Below, one piece after another: positions 1 through 14,000 of a DNA stretch of 64,000 nt (position 1 is its first letter; each line of letters begins with the position of its first letter). The translations under genes were made by a program, and so were the position numbers. Origin of the DNA: Nymphaea colorata (taxonomy: Eukaryota); NCBI RefSeq assembly GCF_008831285.2, contig NC_045138.2, positions 18,724,001 to 18,788,000 of the forward strand, read 5' to 3'. Below the pieces are notes generated by a model. The model did no database searches. It worked only from the letters and a program-made list of their open reading frames with translations, and was not told where the DNA came from.

Positions 1-319
1 GATTCCGGCGGCCGGGATTCCTTCTGGGCTTGGGTCCATCCGGCGGGCCGCACATGTTATAGACCGGGTAAACCATAGCTTCCGATCACATCAGCCCCGG
101 CCGGTTCTTCATTGACCATGTATTAGTAGCAAGCTCAGGCTAAGCCAAATTAGAGTTACCAAGAAACGTGTTGCATGCGCCACAGTCGGATGTTGGACTC
201 ACTTACCAAACTTCAGGTTCGAGTCCCATTTCCTCAACATTTTGGTCACACTGTCAAGCTGATCAGCCCGGCTCGATCTTGATTTGAATCAGTCATCATT
301 TAAACCAACCTTTATAAGT

Positions 320-720
320 GGGGATGTTACTGTATCTTATTATTTTAAATCAAATATCAAATCAGACCATTCTAAAAAAAAATTGGATAAAAAAATTAAG
401 ATCATTTTAAGAAAACAGGTCCTATTCAAATTTTAGATGACATGCGATCAGATTCAGATGTACACGAATATATCTGATTGGATTTAGACTCAGATTCAGC
501 TTGAGATCAGATTTAGTTTTAAATAAATATCATATAGATTTTGAAAATTGACTGAACTCTGTTCAAAATTTGGATTTCAAATATGAATGTAAAAATCTGA
601 TTCCGATTGTGAAATCAAATTCGAGATTCAAATATGATATATTTTTGCTTTGTTTGTTTTCAAATTTGAATATCTGAAAAAAAAAGATATGATTAAGGGT
701 ATATCCAATTCAAAATCTTA
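320..720 (-). mobile_element. Degenerate MITE-like element rich in ATCTGA/ATCCGA/GATTCA motifs; same family as 18980-19373 and 30729-30860
   Basis: Starts GGGGATGTTA and carries dense short gattcaga/atctga motifs. The reverse complement of about 590-640 contains GATTTCACAATC, also seen at about 30836-30847. Boundaries are approximate. Confidence 0.45.
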
Positions 721-1475
721 CTCGAAGCTTGGCCCTTGACAATGAAATTGCCAACAAAACCTTAGGAATCAGTCTCTCCACGAAGAGACAGACGCGAGTA
801 TCGAATTCTTGACCTTCTTTAAATTGAAGATGTTCAGTTTCGACTCTCTAAGACATTAGCTTTAGTTGGCTGGGAAAGGAGGCACCTACCTAAGAATTAG
901 CGGTCAAGCTCAGTCAGGTCAAGGGCTCGACCAAGCAAGGTCATGGAACCAAAAAAAGGCAGTCAAATCCCACTTATCATTTTGTACTTTGCCTTTGATG
1001 TCAGGACTAAGCTCAAGAAAGGAATTGCGTATATCTCCTTTCCTTTTAGCTTTTCAGCTTTGGAAACAACCGGTGACGTAATATTTATTGTAACCCACCT
1101 GAGCTTTTACTGGTCTACCGGATTTCTTGGTCTTCATTTCACTTCTCTTTTACCTTTACCATAAAATAATGCTTAAATATTTCTTCGATTTTTGACCATT
1201 AAAAGCATTTAAGTAGGAGACTGGATGCATATGATATGGGGGGAGGATCCGCTCTCATCACATCTTTTCCTTTTTTGGATTGGGAAAAGGAAGCCGTCAG
1301 CCGTTGGATGACCCCATCAGACGGCGCAGATGCCATTTCATGGGTCATCCCATTTTGGGCAATGCAGCAAATTCTTCTGCTCAGAACAATAAATGCTTTG
1401 GATGCTGGTTTCCCTAAGAAATGACCCATGTAGATTTTCCCCTCCCATGGTGAAAAAAAGGTAAAGTTGGTAACT

Positions 1476-1476
<1 letters not shown>

Positions 1477-1509
<33 letters not shown>
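1477..1509. repeat. (AG)n microsatellite
   Basis: Uninterrupted AG dinucleotide run. Confidence 0.95.
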
Positions 1510-1512
<3 letters not shown>

Positions 1513-2399
1513 GACTTTTTATTGTCTTCCCTTGAGGGCAAAAACACCAGAAAATAGTGAATGATCCGAAAGATTGGAGCAGTTATGCCTTCAATGGACC
1601 CAACATGCATGGCCCCTCAGTATCAATACATTCCCCAACTTTGATTCAAGGCTTTCCACATTTAATAACAAGATGGGCACATAGTTGCAGCCTTACTCTT
1701 GGATTACATCTGATCAACAGGTCCCATTGCTTGTTGCTTCAATTTGATAGACACTTCTCTGCAAGCAAAGAGTGTGACTTGTGCATTCATCTGCACCACA
1801 TTCCTTGGTGGCCTCCAATGGATGCGCTCATGTTATCTTCATATTCTTTCTTGAGGCTCCATGTTGCTACTTGCCTTAATTGGAATCGCCGCCCGTCTGC
1901 TTCGATAGGAGAGATCGACAGTTGTTTCTGTTAGATTGTAAATTTTTCAGAGAAACGCAGAGTCTATCTATATTGTTTACATTGATGTGAAGATCTTAAG
2001 AGGGGAAACGTAGATAGACCTACCAACATTTGATTTTGGTGAAGATAAACAAAGTGAGATGAGATAACTAAATACCACCCAAAGGGAATTCAATTGACTG
2101 AAGAGATGTCAACAGTTAAACCCCAGCTGACTGCTCTCATTATATATGATAGTTTTTCACCAAAAGAGCACTTGCATATGTTTTTTGTAGCAACATGTGA
2201 CCAATGACTGATTGCCAATTCATAAAAAACTGTGGGTCCCCAATATGGTGGATACAATGGAAGCTTGATGTAAAGATTTGTGTGGCCCACACAGTGGGGG
2301 TGCACATACACCTAACACTCACTGGCTTGTTAGTGGAAGCTTGATTTGGGACTAATGGAAATGCTTGGATGATGAGAGGGGATTCCATGATGACATGAG

Positions 2400-3270
2400 A
2401 TGGATATCTAGGGTTTACACTCTTTTCAATCTTTTAATTTCTTTTGGGGGCTATCCATCCCTCAAATATCCAATAAACAAATGTCTTAAAAGAGTACCAA
2501 GATCCTAGTTCTATGTGCATAAAGAATGGAATAAGTAGCACAAGCACAGTCTCCCACAAATGAGCAATAGTGTAACAAGGCTTATGATGCAGAACCCTAG
2601 ATTGGTCTAAAAATAAATCCATGATCATGGGCTTAAGATTTTGACCAGTTGGACAAGGGAGACACAAGTCCCCATAGCATGGACATGGTGTGCAAATTTT
2701 TAAATGTGAGACAGCCTCCAGTTGTGACACCACCCAAAAGATGGCCTAAGCAGAAGACCTTTAGAAATATGAAAGAATAACATGGTGAACAGTGCATTGG
2801 GAGGGGCTTAAGATCACTTCCCCACAAAGAAAGAAGGCTTTGAATTGGCTTAAATTTTTTGTAAAGACCCAACAAACTCAAGCTTGGGGGCCAACACCCT
2901 AAGATGTCCAAACAAAAGCCTTTAGTTTTTGTGTTCATCAATGGCATAGTGAAGAGTGTGCAGAGAGCTAGCTGCTGCAACAATCTCCATGGAGACATAA
3001 GGATTAACATGGCTTAGAAATTTGTGGATGCTCAACAAAGCCCTAGATTGGGCCAACACCTTCAGTTGGCAGCCCAAGCAAACTATCTAGATATAGAGGA
3101 AGGTAGACAAAACCTCTTAAAAAGAAGAAAACAATGGTCCAAGTGAGGTCCTGATATCCAAAATCTTGGAGAGAGCAAGGGGGAGACAGGGGACAGCAAC
3201 CCCAAAACATCATGAAACAGTAACAAGGATGGGGGTAATACTCTCCTATCTGGAGGAAAATAACTCAAAG
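2400..3270 (-). mobile_element. Probable highly degraded LINE (L1) 3' relic, zf-RVT-like region
   Basis: Broken minus-strand frames give LWGS..PLPMHCSPCYSFIF..LGGVTTGGCL, then CLPC and AHDHGFIF. This order resembles the plant L1 zf-RVT pattern (W..PRHSFILW..GRLPT.DRL..CxLC..E..DHLF). Many stops and frameshifts; similarity judged by eye only. Confidence 0.35.
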
Positions 3271-4018
3271 ATCAACAAACATTCTCTCTTCAGATTATCA
3301 ATAAAAGGATATGCTAAATTTTAGAATCAAAGAAAAACATGGTAAACAAAGGGGACCCTTCAAAATGCTCTCTCTCTCTATCTCTCTTTATCTCTTTTTC
3401 CCTTTAACTGCTTTTTCTACACATACAAGGGTACGCCAGAAAATAAAGCTCATTGCCCCTGCCTGACCGCGGGCAGGCGCCTGAGTCACAGAAACCATGT
3501 GGGTCCCACTCGGGCAGCTAGTCGGGCAGTTCCTTTTTTTGCTGGTTTATTTTTTAATGCGAGAAACGAGGTGTTTTTTTTTTTTACCTTGCTGACCGTC
3601 TTCATAGTCTTGGATTTGGAGTAAAGAGCCTCGAGAGAGAGGGAGAGAGGGGGGAGAGAGAGAGGAGGGAGAGTTTGCTTGCGCTTTATTGCCTTCAAAT
3701 TCTACACTTTGCTGTACGCACTCTCAAAAACGAGGTTTTTGGAGGTGGGGAGGAGAGGGAGAGCCTTCTGCATTGTCTTCTTCTCAGAAATCACTAGTCT
3801 TCTCATTTTCTCTTTGCAGTTTTCGGCCTTCATTTCTGGACTGTACCCACCTTGTTTTCATTCAAATTCTTCTATTTATTTCTTTCTGCTTGCTGTTGAC
3901 TCTTAAGGCAACCCCGAAACGGAGAACACATCTTAAGTGTGGGGAGAGAGAGAGAGAGAGGGAGAGAGAGAGAGCATTACTTCCTGGGAGGAAGTCTGTA
4001 TGAAGAATTAGTGAAAAA

Positions 4019-7000
4019 ATGAGAGATGGGAGCCAGAAGAGGAGCAAGGTCTCACAAAAACGCCATCATCTTTTGATTTTTATTCTTCTTTCCATGATTT
4101 GATTCACATTTGTGCAAAATGGATCTATTCTGGCTTCTTTTTCTTTCTCATTCGTGCTTATTTCTTTTCTCTTTCTGTTGTGCCGTGTATGGTTGTTGGT
4201 GGACTCCAGCTCTCCTGGTCCAAGGCCCTCGTTAAAAAATGGTTCAATATCAAGAGTAAAGCACATGATTTCCACGCTGATGATGTGGTTGAAGAAGGTG
4301 GGTTCTTCATTTTCCCTTCAAATGCCATTTCTGGGATTTGGGTTACTATCATCTAAAAATGCCATCAGCCATGAGGGAGTAGTATAGAATATGCCTACAA
4401 TCCCTTGACAATTTTTTTTGGTCTTCCAATCCTTTTAAGCCGCATATTTGTTGCTTTTATCATATTTTCTTGCATTTGGCCTGGGGAATTGCTTCTTCAT
4501 GGCCTTGGTTCTTCTTCGCGTCGCAAAAATATGTTTTTTCAATTTAGTCGGGCCTGTTCTATGGTTTCTTAATTTCTACCGACGGAAAAAGATTTTTCTT
4601 CTCTCAACCGATTGATTGGCTTGACATGCAATTTTGAATCTCAGCAGGTGATGGGGAGTGGAAAAGTTTCTCAGAGAGGGAAAGTTACACACTCAAGAAA
4701 AGCAAAACAGGCTAGTCTCAACTGTTTGGAAACCTATTTTTGCCTAGTCTGATTTCTTCGCTCTTTGTCTCTTCCATGAGTTTCTTCTTTTTCTTGAAGC
4801 AGAAATTGTCGGTACCCTATATCCTGTCCTTATCTATCTTGTGATGCGATTTGCTTGTCTTCTTCCAGAGAGATCAACCAAGAGAAACTCAGAGACATAC
4901 AGGAGACCAAAGTTTGAGTTCGAAACCAGTGCTCAAGTTACTGATGTTCAGGACTATAGGTACTTAACTTGAGGTCTCAGTTTCGAAAAAAGAGGCAATC
5001 TTTCTGTACGTTTTCTTGAATTTACATTGATCACCATTTTACCACTCGTTTTATGAACAGGGTTTTTGTAGCAACATGGAATGTAGGTGGAAAATCACCT
5101 CCAAGTTATCTGAGTCTCGAAGATTGGCTTCATACTTCCCCTCCTGCGGACATTTATGTTTTGGGGTATCTTAGATTCTCTGTTAATTTTGGATCGACTA
5201 CGGATGTTGTCTCTTTTCTTCTGTTTTCCTGTTTAGATCACAAGGTTTTTCTGTTCGCGTTACAGTTATATCTTATGGTATAATATTTTACTGTATCAGG
5301 ACTAGTTTTCCTGTTCATACCACAAGCTTTTTTCTGTTTGCATTTGGTGGGGAACAGGAAGTTTCTCATTGTTGGGTTTTCGCTTGCAGTTTTCAAGAAA
5401 TAGTTCCTCTGAATGCGGGGAATGTCTTGGGCGCAGAGGACAATGGCCCTGCTATCAAATGGTTGTCACTGATACGGAAAACTCTAAACAATCTTCCTGG
5501 TTCGAGTGGAACTGGTGGCTACCAAATGCCTTCACCTATACCTGATCCCATTGTGGAATTAGACTCTGATTTTGAAGGTTCAACAAGGCAAAAGACTTCG
5601 TCTTTCTTCAATCGACGGTCTTTCCAGTCCCTTAGTCGAAGTTTGAGGATGGATAATGACATTTCCATGGGTCAACCGAGGCTTGAACGCAGATTCAGTG
5701 TATGTGACAGAGTTATGTTTGGAAACAGGCCGAGTGATTGTGATGGTACATTTCGCTCAGGTTCTTCAGACGATGAGAATGCTGGTTGTGATTCTCCAAG
5801 TGCCATGTATTTTTCACCATTGCCTTACGGTGTGCCTGCTTCCATGGGGGAGGAAAGAGATAGATCAACAGGCCATTCTCGATACTGTTTGGTAGCCAGC
5901 AAGCAAATGGTTGGCATATTTCTCACAGTTTGGGTGAGGAGTGATATAAGGGATGATGTTAAGAACCTGAAGGTCTCCTGCGTGGGAAGAGGATTAATGG
6001 GTTACCTTGGAAACAAGGTAAGATCTTTTGCTACTCCCAGTAAGTTACTTTTGAAAGTTTTGTTTGCCTATAGAGTTGCTTTTAATCCAAAACCTTTTCT
6101 CTTGAACTCTTATGGGGGTTTCAGGGTTCCATTTCAATTAGCATGTTGGTGCACAAAACAAGCTTTTGCTTCGTCTGTAGTCACTTAACATCGGGGCAGA
6201 AAGAGGGTGATGAGCTAAGAAGGAACTCGGATGTCATGGAGATACTCAGGAAGACTCGGTTCCCTCGTGTCCATAGATTAGGTGACAACAACTCTCCTGA
6301 GACCATCCTTGACCATGAGTAAGTAACAGAGCGAGTAATAACTTTTGTCTCTAATTTTGGTGTTCTCGACGAAATGACGTAGCTTTTTGATTTTCTTCAA
6401 ACAATTGGGGTTCCAGCTTGAGTTTTCTCCTATAATCTGCTGACTGAACCAATGGTATCTTTGTGTTTGCTTCAGCCGGATTATTTGGCTTGGGGACTTG
6501 AATTATCGGATAGCTCTATCGTATCGTTCTGCTAAGGCCCTTGTTGAAATGCACAATTGGCGAGCATTATTGGAAAATGATCAGGTTGGTGGAGGACCCT
6601 AATGAGTTATTTTTCTCATGAAGCATGTGGATGTTTCAGTTATGAACAATGTAGCTTTAATGCGTATGAAACTTAGCTACTGGATGCCTTGTCAAAGTTG
6701 ATTTCTCTCATTCTGGACCCAGGAATATGTCATGTAGATATTGGAACAGGGTGGCTAGTTTTATGTAGATCTCCCAATGACCATTAGCCTGTAAACAGAC
6801 ATAGGCTATGTCAAAATCGGGCACCTCTGTGATAGGGTTTCTTATAATTGGAGTGTTGGGTGTCAACTTGCTGCTCGTCTGCAACTGTTGATCTGACAAG
6901 GACATCAGGGTGCTGTTTTTTTTTTTGTGAAGCCTCTAGTTTAAGCACCCTAGTTAGATGCCTTCAGCTCATTGTTTTCCAGTGGCTCTTTTATTTTTTT

Positions 7001-7650
7001 TGCAAATGCTATCTCTGGGGATAAGCTGCTTCAGTATTCTTGCTCTTCTGCTTCTTATCTCATTTCTATAAGTGCAGTGGAATTATCTGGTTCTGAATAT
7101 CTTGAATCGGTTTTACAGCTTAGGATTGAGCAAAAGAGGGGGAGGGTTTTCCAGGGATGGAACGAAGGGCGGATATATTTCCCTCCCACATACAAGTACA
7201 TGAACAACTCAGACCGTTATGCTGGAGATGACATGTATCCTAAAGAGAAACGGCGGACACCAGCATGGTGAGGGTGCATCCTTATAAGATTCATTACAGA
7301 AGATTTTGGTCAACCTCTTCTAGATTCCCTTTCCTGGTTGAAGAAAACCAAGCAAATTTTAATATTGAAATTGTTTGGTATACTTATCAGACCTTGTAGG
7401 GTTAAACACATGTTCTTCCTGTAGGTGCGATCGAATTCTGTGGTATGGAAGGGGCCTGAATCAGCTATCATATGTTCGTGGGGAATCCAGGTTTTCTGAT
7501 CATAGGCCAGTGTATAGTGTTTTCAGTGCAGAAGTTGAGGTCATTAACCGTCATCGAGTTAGAAAAAGCATGGCATGCTCTAGCGCTAGAGTTGAAGTAG
7601 AAGAACTTTTGCCTCACACACATGGCTATACTGAACTGAGTTTTTTTTAG
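4019..7650 (+). CDS. Type I inositol polyphosphate 5-phosphatase (CVP2/IP5P-like clade), 10 coding exons
   Basis: Exons: 4019-4048, 4210-4297, 4645 (or 4648)-4710, 4869-4959, 5061-5165, 5390-6017, 6125-6318, 6476-6584, 7119-7267, 7425-7650; all phases are consistent. Family motifs: [95 protein letters not shown]. Confidence 0.95.
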
Positions 7651-8612
7651 ACAACTGGAGGATTTCAGAGACAAACAAGGTTTGATCTCAATTTCATTTT
7701 CATACACAGGAAACTTTGTCAACTTGTTTGCATGTTTTATGCTCATTTCTTTTAGGTTCACGTGGCAGAACAATGCAGTGCAAAACTTGATACCAGTGCA
7801 AAGAAATCAAGTAAAGTTTTGTAGCAGAGAGAGTTTGGATCTTATGAAGATTGTCCTGAACCATCGACTATTTTTCTCGCCACAATTTACCTTTTACCTG
7901 TGGTAATTTTTATTGGCGATTTTTAAATGTATATCCTGCGATTCTGTACAAAAAATTGCTATATTGACATGCATGATGCTGCCTGTGAACTAGGTTTTTG
8001 TTGAGCTACCATCAACTTCCTTTCAGAATTTTTTGGATTGTCCTTGGAGGTTTTTGAAGATGATCTCACCATTCCAATTGGAGAGGTAATTTAATGTTCC
8101 TTGAGTCATATAAAAATCAAATACCTGAAAGGAAAATTGTAACTGTAGGCTCCTGGTAGAAAGCTACATACACCACTGAATATGGACCATGGCAGCCACA
8201 TCTCTCTCTGTCTCTCTCTCTAAACTCTTTGAAAAGTCTTTAAGATTAGTAGGCTGTACTTCATATTAATGTCTTCTCGTGGGGAAGTCTGTCAAGTTGC
8301 TGTCTGCTAACTATTTGAGGTTTCTGTTTGTTTGTCTTGATTGTGATTCTGCAAGCAGAAGCTGCCATACTGATGGATTGCCATAGCTAGCCGGTGATAT
8401 ATAAGCAGTTGATTTTGGCCCTTGAAATGGAGGTATTTGATCAGCAACCTTACCCCGACAAATCATCTAACTGTAGCATGACTAGACTATGCTGGAATTC
8501 ATCAATCATTAGTCTTGTTAGGCTGCTGTTAAACTAGGTTGCTTGATTTTTCTTGATCTTCCTGTCTCTTGCGATCAATTACCTTTCTAGCTCCCAGGAG
8601 CCAATTACTAAA

Positions 8613-9072
8613 TTACTTCAACATGGTGAATATTCTTAAATAATACTATTAGACAACTTTTACAACACCTGATTACCAACATATGAATAGTTTTTGCTCA
8701 AAGACGCAAGCCGCCTTGAATCTTGGCCAACGGAGGCAGTCATAAAAAAGAAAAAAGAACAGAAGTGGTCTAATTTTCAAACGAAATGTTAAAGCTTAAT
8801 TGTAAGTTTTTCCTTTTTTTTTTTCCCTTGACTGATCATCTTTTACTTCAACATGGTGAATATTCTTATATAATACTATTAGATAACTTTTACAACACCT
8901 GATTACCAACATATGAATAGTTTTTTTGCTCAAATACGCAACCCGCCTTGAATCTTGGCCAACGGAGGCAGTCATAAAAAATAAAAAGAACAGAAGTGGT
9001 CTAATGTTCAAACGAAATGTTAAAAGCTTAATTGTAAGTTTTTCCTTTTTTTTTTTCCCTTGACTGATCATC
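8613..9072. repeat. Tandem duplication of about 230 bp (two copies, 8613-8840 and 8843-9072)
   Basis: Both copies run from TTACTTCAACATGGTGAATATTC to CCCTTGACTGATCATC, with a few substitutions and homopolymer differences. Confidence 0.92.
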
Positions 9073-10104
9073 CTTTTCTTTTTAAACTTTTGCAGGATGA
9101 CAAATCTCAAAAATCTATGCGACTAATACGTGATGACCAAGATAAAGCATTCATTGATTTGTTTATTATTTATTTTTGATTCGAAGCATGAAGAGCAGCT
9201 CCAAGAGAAGTGCATGGGGTGGTTCGGAATATAGGCATTCATTTCAAAGTGTTGTAAATACGAGGAAAAAGAAAAATAAAGCAAAGAACAGAAAAGAAAA
9301 GAGTAAAGATATGGATGTACACTCATGACAGTATATATAAAAAAAAGAAATGTTGATATAAAATGCTTCCGCCTGCAACATCTGCTCTTTCATCTGCAAA
9401 AAGGCATTTTTCCTGATTACCAACTTCGGCCTTGCCTTAAGAATAAAGCAAATCCAAGCTATGACAACAGTTCCTGGACATTTGAGATCTGAGATCAGGC
9501 TGTCTAGAGAGAGAAAGATGCTGTGCATTTTGAACTTATCTTTTTCCTTTCTCTGTCGGCTGGTCCAACGACCATGTTGACCATAGATTCTGTTCCCATC
9601 GCCCGCTTCCATCCCTTTCCCTGGGGAATGTTGATCCTTGTGCATGGGCAATTGGGCATACCTCAGAAACGGAGGAAAAAGGCCCTTATGGGCCTGATGC
9701 CTCTCTCACTTCACCATCTTCTTCCTCAACATCTTCAATGCCATTATTTCTGGCCATTCTGTCTCTCGACTTATCAGCAAACCTTTCTCTCTCGCCATTA
9801 CTGCAAGTTTCATTACTGCAGCCATCTGGGCACAATAAAAGAACCAGGGGTGTAGCTCTTTCATGGACCCTAGCAGCCATTTCCTTTGAGCTTGAGGTTC
9901 TTGACCACTGCGTTAATGGCGATGGTTCCTCGCCACAAACTGAGCCCATTACATGGTCCCACAACTTTATCCCCCCAGTTGGACCATCTTCATGGGGTTG
10001 GGCCCAGGAAACCCAACCTGGTTGGGCTGAGTTCAAACTTTTTAATGCACTTATTTTTGACCTCTAAGGCGAATAAGGTTTCGCTTTTTCCTTTTAGTTG
10101 TTGG

Positions 10105-10258
10105 CAGGAGCAAGATGATTACAACAGTTAGCCTACCTCTTATGAAAAATTTCACTTGTCCTATATAAAAATAAAAAGAAAAAAATATTTTGGTCCATAT
10201 CAAAATTTTGAAACTTTAATTCGGCCCCACTCATGAAAATTTTTTGGCTCTGCTCCTG
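10105..10258. mobile_element. Small MITE-like element related to the CAGGGGCGGAGC-ended family
   Basis: 8-bp terminal inverted repeat CAGGAGCA...TGCTCCTG. The right end AAATTTTTTGGCTCTGCTCCTG resembles the reverse complement of the ends at 16839 and 20044. No clean TSD. Confidence 0.45.
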
Positions 10259-10386
10259 TGTGGACTCCGTACATGTTAGTTAGGACTAAACAATACAACA
10301 CTCCCATCTTATTTAGCATAAAAATATAGCGCTCCTAAGAACTAAACCGCAACATGAAATTTTCTTGCCGCTAAACCGTCGACCAG

Positions 10387-10440
10387 CTATACTATATCCC
10401 TCAAAACCCCAAGCTACTATATCCCTCAAAACCCCAAGCT
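10387..10440. repeat. Short tandem duplication (TACTATATCCCTCAAAACCCCAAGC x2)
   Basis: Direct reading of the sequence. Confidence 0.85.
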
Positions 10441-13400
10441 TTTAAGGCTGTACGTTGATATTCCCTTCTGTTATTTGTTACTGAATTAGTATCGCCTTCA
10501 GTTGTAAAAAAAACACAATCTGATTGAAACTTTTTATAAAAAGAATCATGAACTTGTGGAAGAAAACCATGCTTTGAATGAATAAGCGTTTAATCGGATT
10601 CGACCCACTTGCAACTTGCAAGACAAGACTCAAGAGGGTGCGAGGACATTATCGTCAAAGTAACAAAAAGAAAAGGGCAAAACCGTTATTCTTGTCACGT
10701 AGATGGATGGCCTGATGATGTGTTGCATGCATGGAAAAAGCGAAAAGACACGTGGCGTGCACGAGAAGCCAGAGACGGGACGGGGGAGAGTCGATTGGAC
10801 GGTTGGATGAGTGGAGAAACCAAGGGAGGGAGAATCTGAGCCACACCTTTTGAGACGGAAGCCAGATTCACGTACAAGGCACTAACGGATGGCCATGGGT
10901 ATCAAGTCGGGTCGGACCACATCGATTTGAAGTCCTGGTTCCGTTTAGCTCCATTCGGCTGGTTTGATAAATTTTATATGAAAAAATTATGAAAAATATA
11001 TTATATATATATAAATTAGTAATTATATATATATAATTATGAAAATTCACACTGGGCATTTCAGATTTTGGGTAAGTAATCGATCTAGAAGCCGCTTGGG
11101 CGAAAGCCGAAGTTTCATGGGTTTTTTGTTTTTGGATCAAGAACTGTAAAAAATTTAAACAATTGGAAACCTTTTTTATTTTAGCATCTAAGATACTTTT
11201 TCTTTTCATTTTTTTTAATAATATACAGTACAAAAGTTAGATCTATGAGTTCACGTCCCTTAATTTAGAATTTGTTTCATGTAATTGTTTTTTTTTTTTT
11301 TCAACTTTTTTGCTGATCATTGATTCAAGTGTTTATCCTGCATCCTTTTTTATTTTATTTTATTTTATTTTTTTGGTCTCAGCTAAAGGCGAGGAGACAG
11401 GTGTGTTGGGGAAAGCGAGGGACGAGGTCGGTGTCATAAATTTTGCCCCAGAAAAAGGACTGTACCCCATCCCGTAACTCGTAGCCGTTTAAAATAAAAA
11501 AGAATATAAATCCTTTAAAAAAAAGGAAAATTTTAAACTAAAAATGGAATGAATTATTATTTTTTATTGGAAAGATATTGGGGACTTGGATGTTGAATGC
11601 AGATTGAATTGAGGAATTATTTAAAAGAAAAAGTATAAGGATTGAGTTGATTTGATTAGATATGGGACTGAGATCTGACCGTGCCTAGCTGGGTTCGGAC
11701 CTCGGCTCATTACTAAGACTTGAGTGACAGTTGCAGCAGCCTGAGCACATCACAGTGATGTTTTTATGTCACATGGACAACCTCATCCCTTGTCTAATTT
11801 TTCTTTTCAGAAATAATATAAAATAGTGAATTTATGGCTCAGCACGTAAACTCTTCATTTCGAAAAAACAGGTCCTAAGTTTTTAATTTTTCAAAGCACT
11901 TTTCCGCGTTGTCTTTCATGTTGAAAAAATCTATATCCATTTTAATTATGATAAACAATGTTATCTTTGTGACATTTCATGGATTGTTACTATATAATAA
12001 TAAAAAAATACAAGAGTAACTTGACAAACCAATAATTTGACGATGGGTTTGCAAAAAATTGAAACTAAACTTTTAAGCGAAATGATTGGCGCTCATTCGT
12101 CAACGAACGAAAGAGAAGAGAACAATTGAGCGTACCCGCTAACAAGGGACGATGTGTTATACATTATCAAAATGTTGATTGATTGGACGACCTATCATAT
12201 GGTTAAAAATTGACGAAAGCCAAAATTTCTCGTATATATTTACAGCAATGTTCTATGTTAGTGATATAACATAGAATGGCGCTTTAGGGCTGGAAGATTC
12301 TTCCCCTTAAGCTCTTCATATTAAAAACCACGAGATTTCACTTATACTAAATTTGAAAAAATAAACGAACCTCAATTTGTAATTTTTTAAAAAATAGAGG
12401 GGGAACTCGACAAGCGTCCGAGTACGAGTTTGGCATAGTGTGGGTCGAATTCGTTGGCATTTCTACCCGATCCAGATCTGAGTGACGAAGGACGGATCGG
12501 CGATTAATTTGGAGGCAACGGGAGAAAAGATCGCGTGGCGAGGTGGTGTGGGGCCCGTACTGGCAGGTGACCGTTTGGGGAAGGGGTGTCTGGGAGTCTT
12601 TTTTTTTTATGGTCTCTTTTCGTTGCTTTTAAGAAAATAAACAACTGCATTTTAAGTAATTAAAATAAAATCATTCATCTTGATTATATAAATTTTTTTT
12701 TTGCTTTAGCTGGGAAGAAAATATTAAAAGTAAAATGTGTGGTAGGAGGGCGGATGATCGGATCGAGCATACTGTTTAGGGAAGGCCCTAGATAAGATCC
12801 ACCCGATCTACGTGATTAAGTAGTCAAATTGGACAATATATATTTTGATTATTGTTTTGGAAACCAACTTAGTTGTTGTGTAGAATTCGATGAGCAAATT
12901 CACATGAATTGCAGTTCCATATTTGAATCTTAAATAAAGTACCGTATCCAAATAGAATCCGTTGAGATTAAACTTGATTAGATATAAATGTGGGATCTTA
13001 TATATGGGTTTGTTTTTAAAAAGTAGAATCCCATTAAATTTGAGTATGAATCCAAGTAAGATCAAGTTGAATTTGGTAAAGGCTGGTTCCAAACAGATCC
13101 GAGCAATTTTGCAGGACTTTGGCATTAAAAAACCATTTATGAGAAAAAATTTCTTTGTTTTTCTTGCTCATTCTGATTAAATTCTTGAATGCAAACTTAC
13201 ACAAATTCATCTAACAAAACTCAGTTCGATCCATTGGGTATGGAGAGAAAAGGGTTCACTTCCCAATTTAGATTCGTGGATCCGATCGGTCGGTTAATGT
13301 GCAAGATTTAGTAAGATCCAGTTCGGGTCCACCATTTACTAGACCCTACCTAATCGGGTCTCTTTTCTAATAGGATGCGAACTCGGACCGGAATCTAACA

Positions 13401-13953
13401 GTATGGCTTTTCATAAATGCATCCATTTTATAAAGTGCGTGCAATTCTTTGGCATAAGAATTAGCCGGCAAACAGATCCATTCAATTTTGGATTGTGCAT
13501 TGGATTCAGAACCTGCAGCTTGAGGGTCACACTGGGGAACCATCCTTAGTTGGATTTCCACCAGAGTAGTTACATGACATTTGAATCGAAGGGTGTATAG
13601 TAGACCACCCAAGTCTCAAAACAACCTATATTATGGGGATAGGGTGGGCAGCGTTGCCCTATGAGGACGTTTGATTTATTTTCCAGGGAATGCCGGGAAT
13701 TAGATGTCATGCAAGGATCCTATGAATTGGAAAGATCCAAGAAAGATTTTCTCCTCACTGACGCACAAATTGAGACACAATGAGAGGCAAACACTATACC
13801 TTTAAAAGACTAAGGTTGGACATATACTTTAGCCTTTTGTTCAAGGGTAGAAAATCCTTCTCACTAGAGAGATGTTTAAACGGGTGAAATCTTTCAGGTA
13901 TATTTTGGGTATTTAACAATTTAGAAAAATAGTAAAAAAGACAACGTCAACGA

Positions 13954-13955
<2 letters not shown>

Positions 13956-13996
<41 letters not shown>
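13956..13996. repeat. (AT)n microsatellite
   Basis: Uninterrupted AT run. Confidence 0.95.

Positions 13997-14000
<4 letters not shown>

Noticed and set aside
216..227. B-box-like GGTTCGAGTCCC (a weaker one lies on the minus strand near 800)
   Set aside because: No cloverleaf or properly spaced A box; at most a SINE relic.
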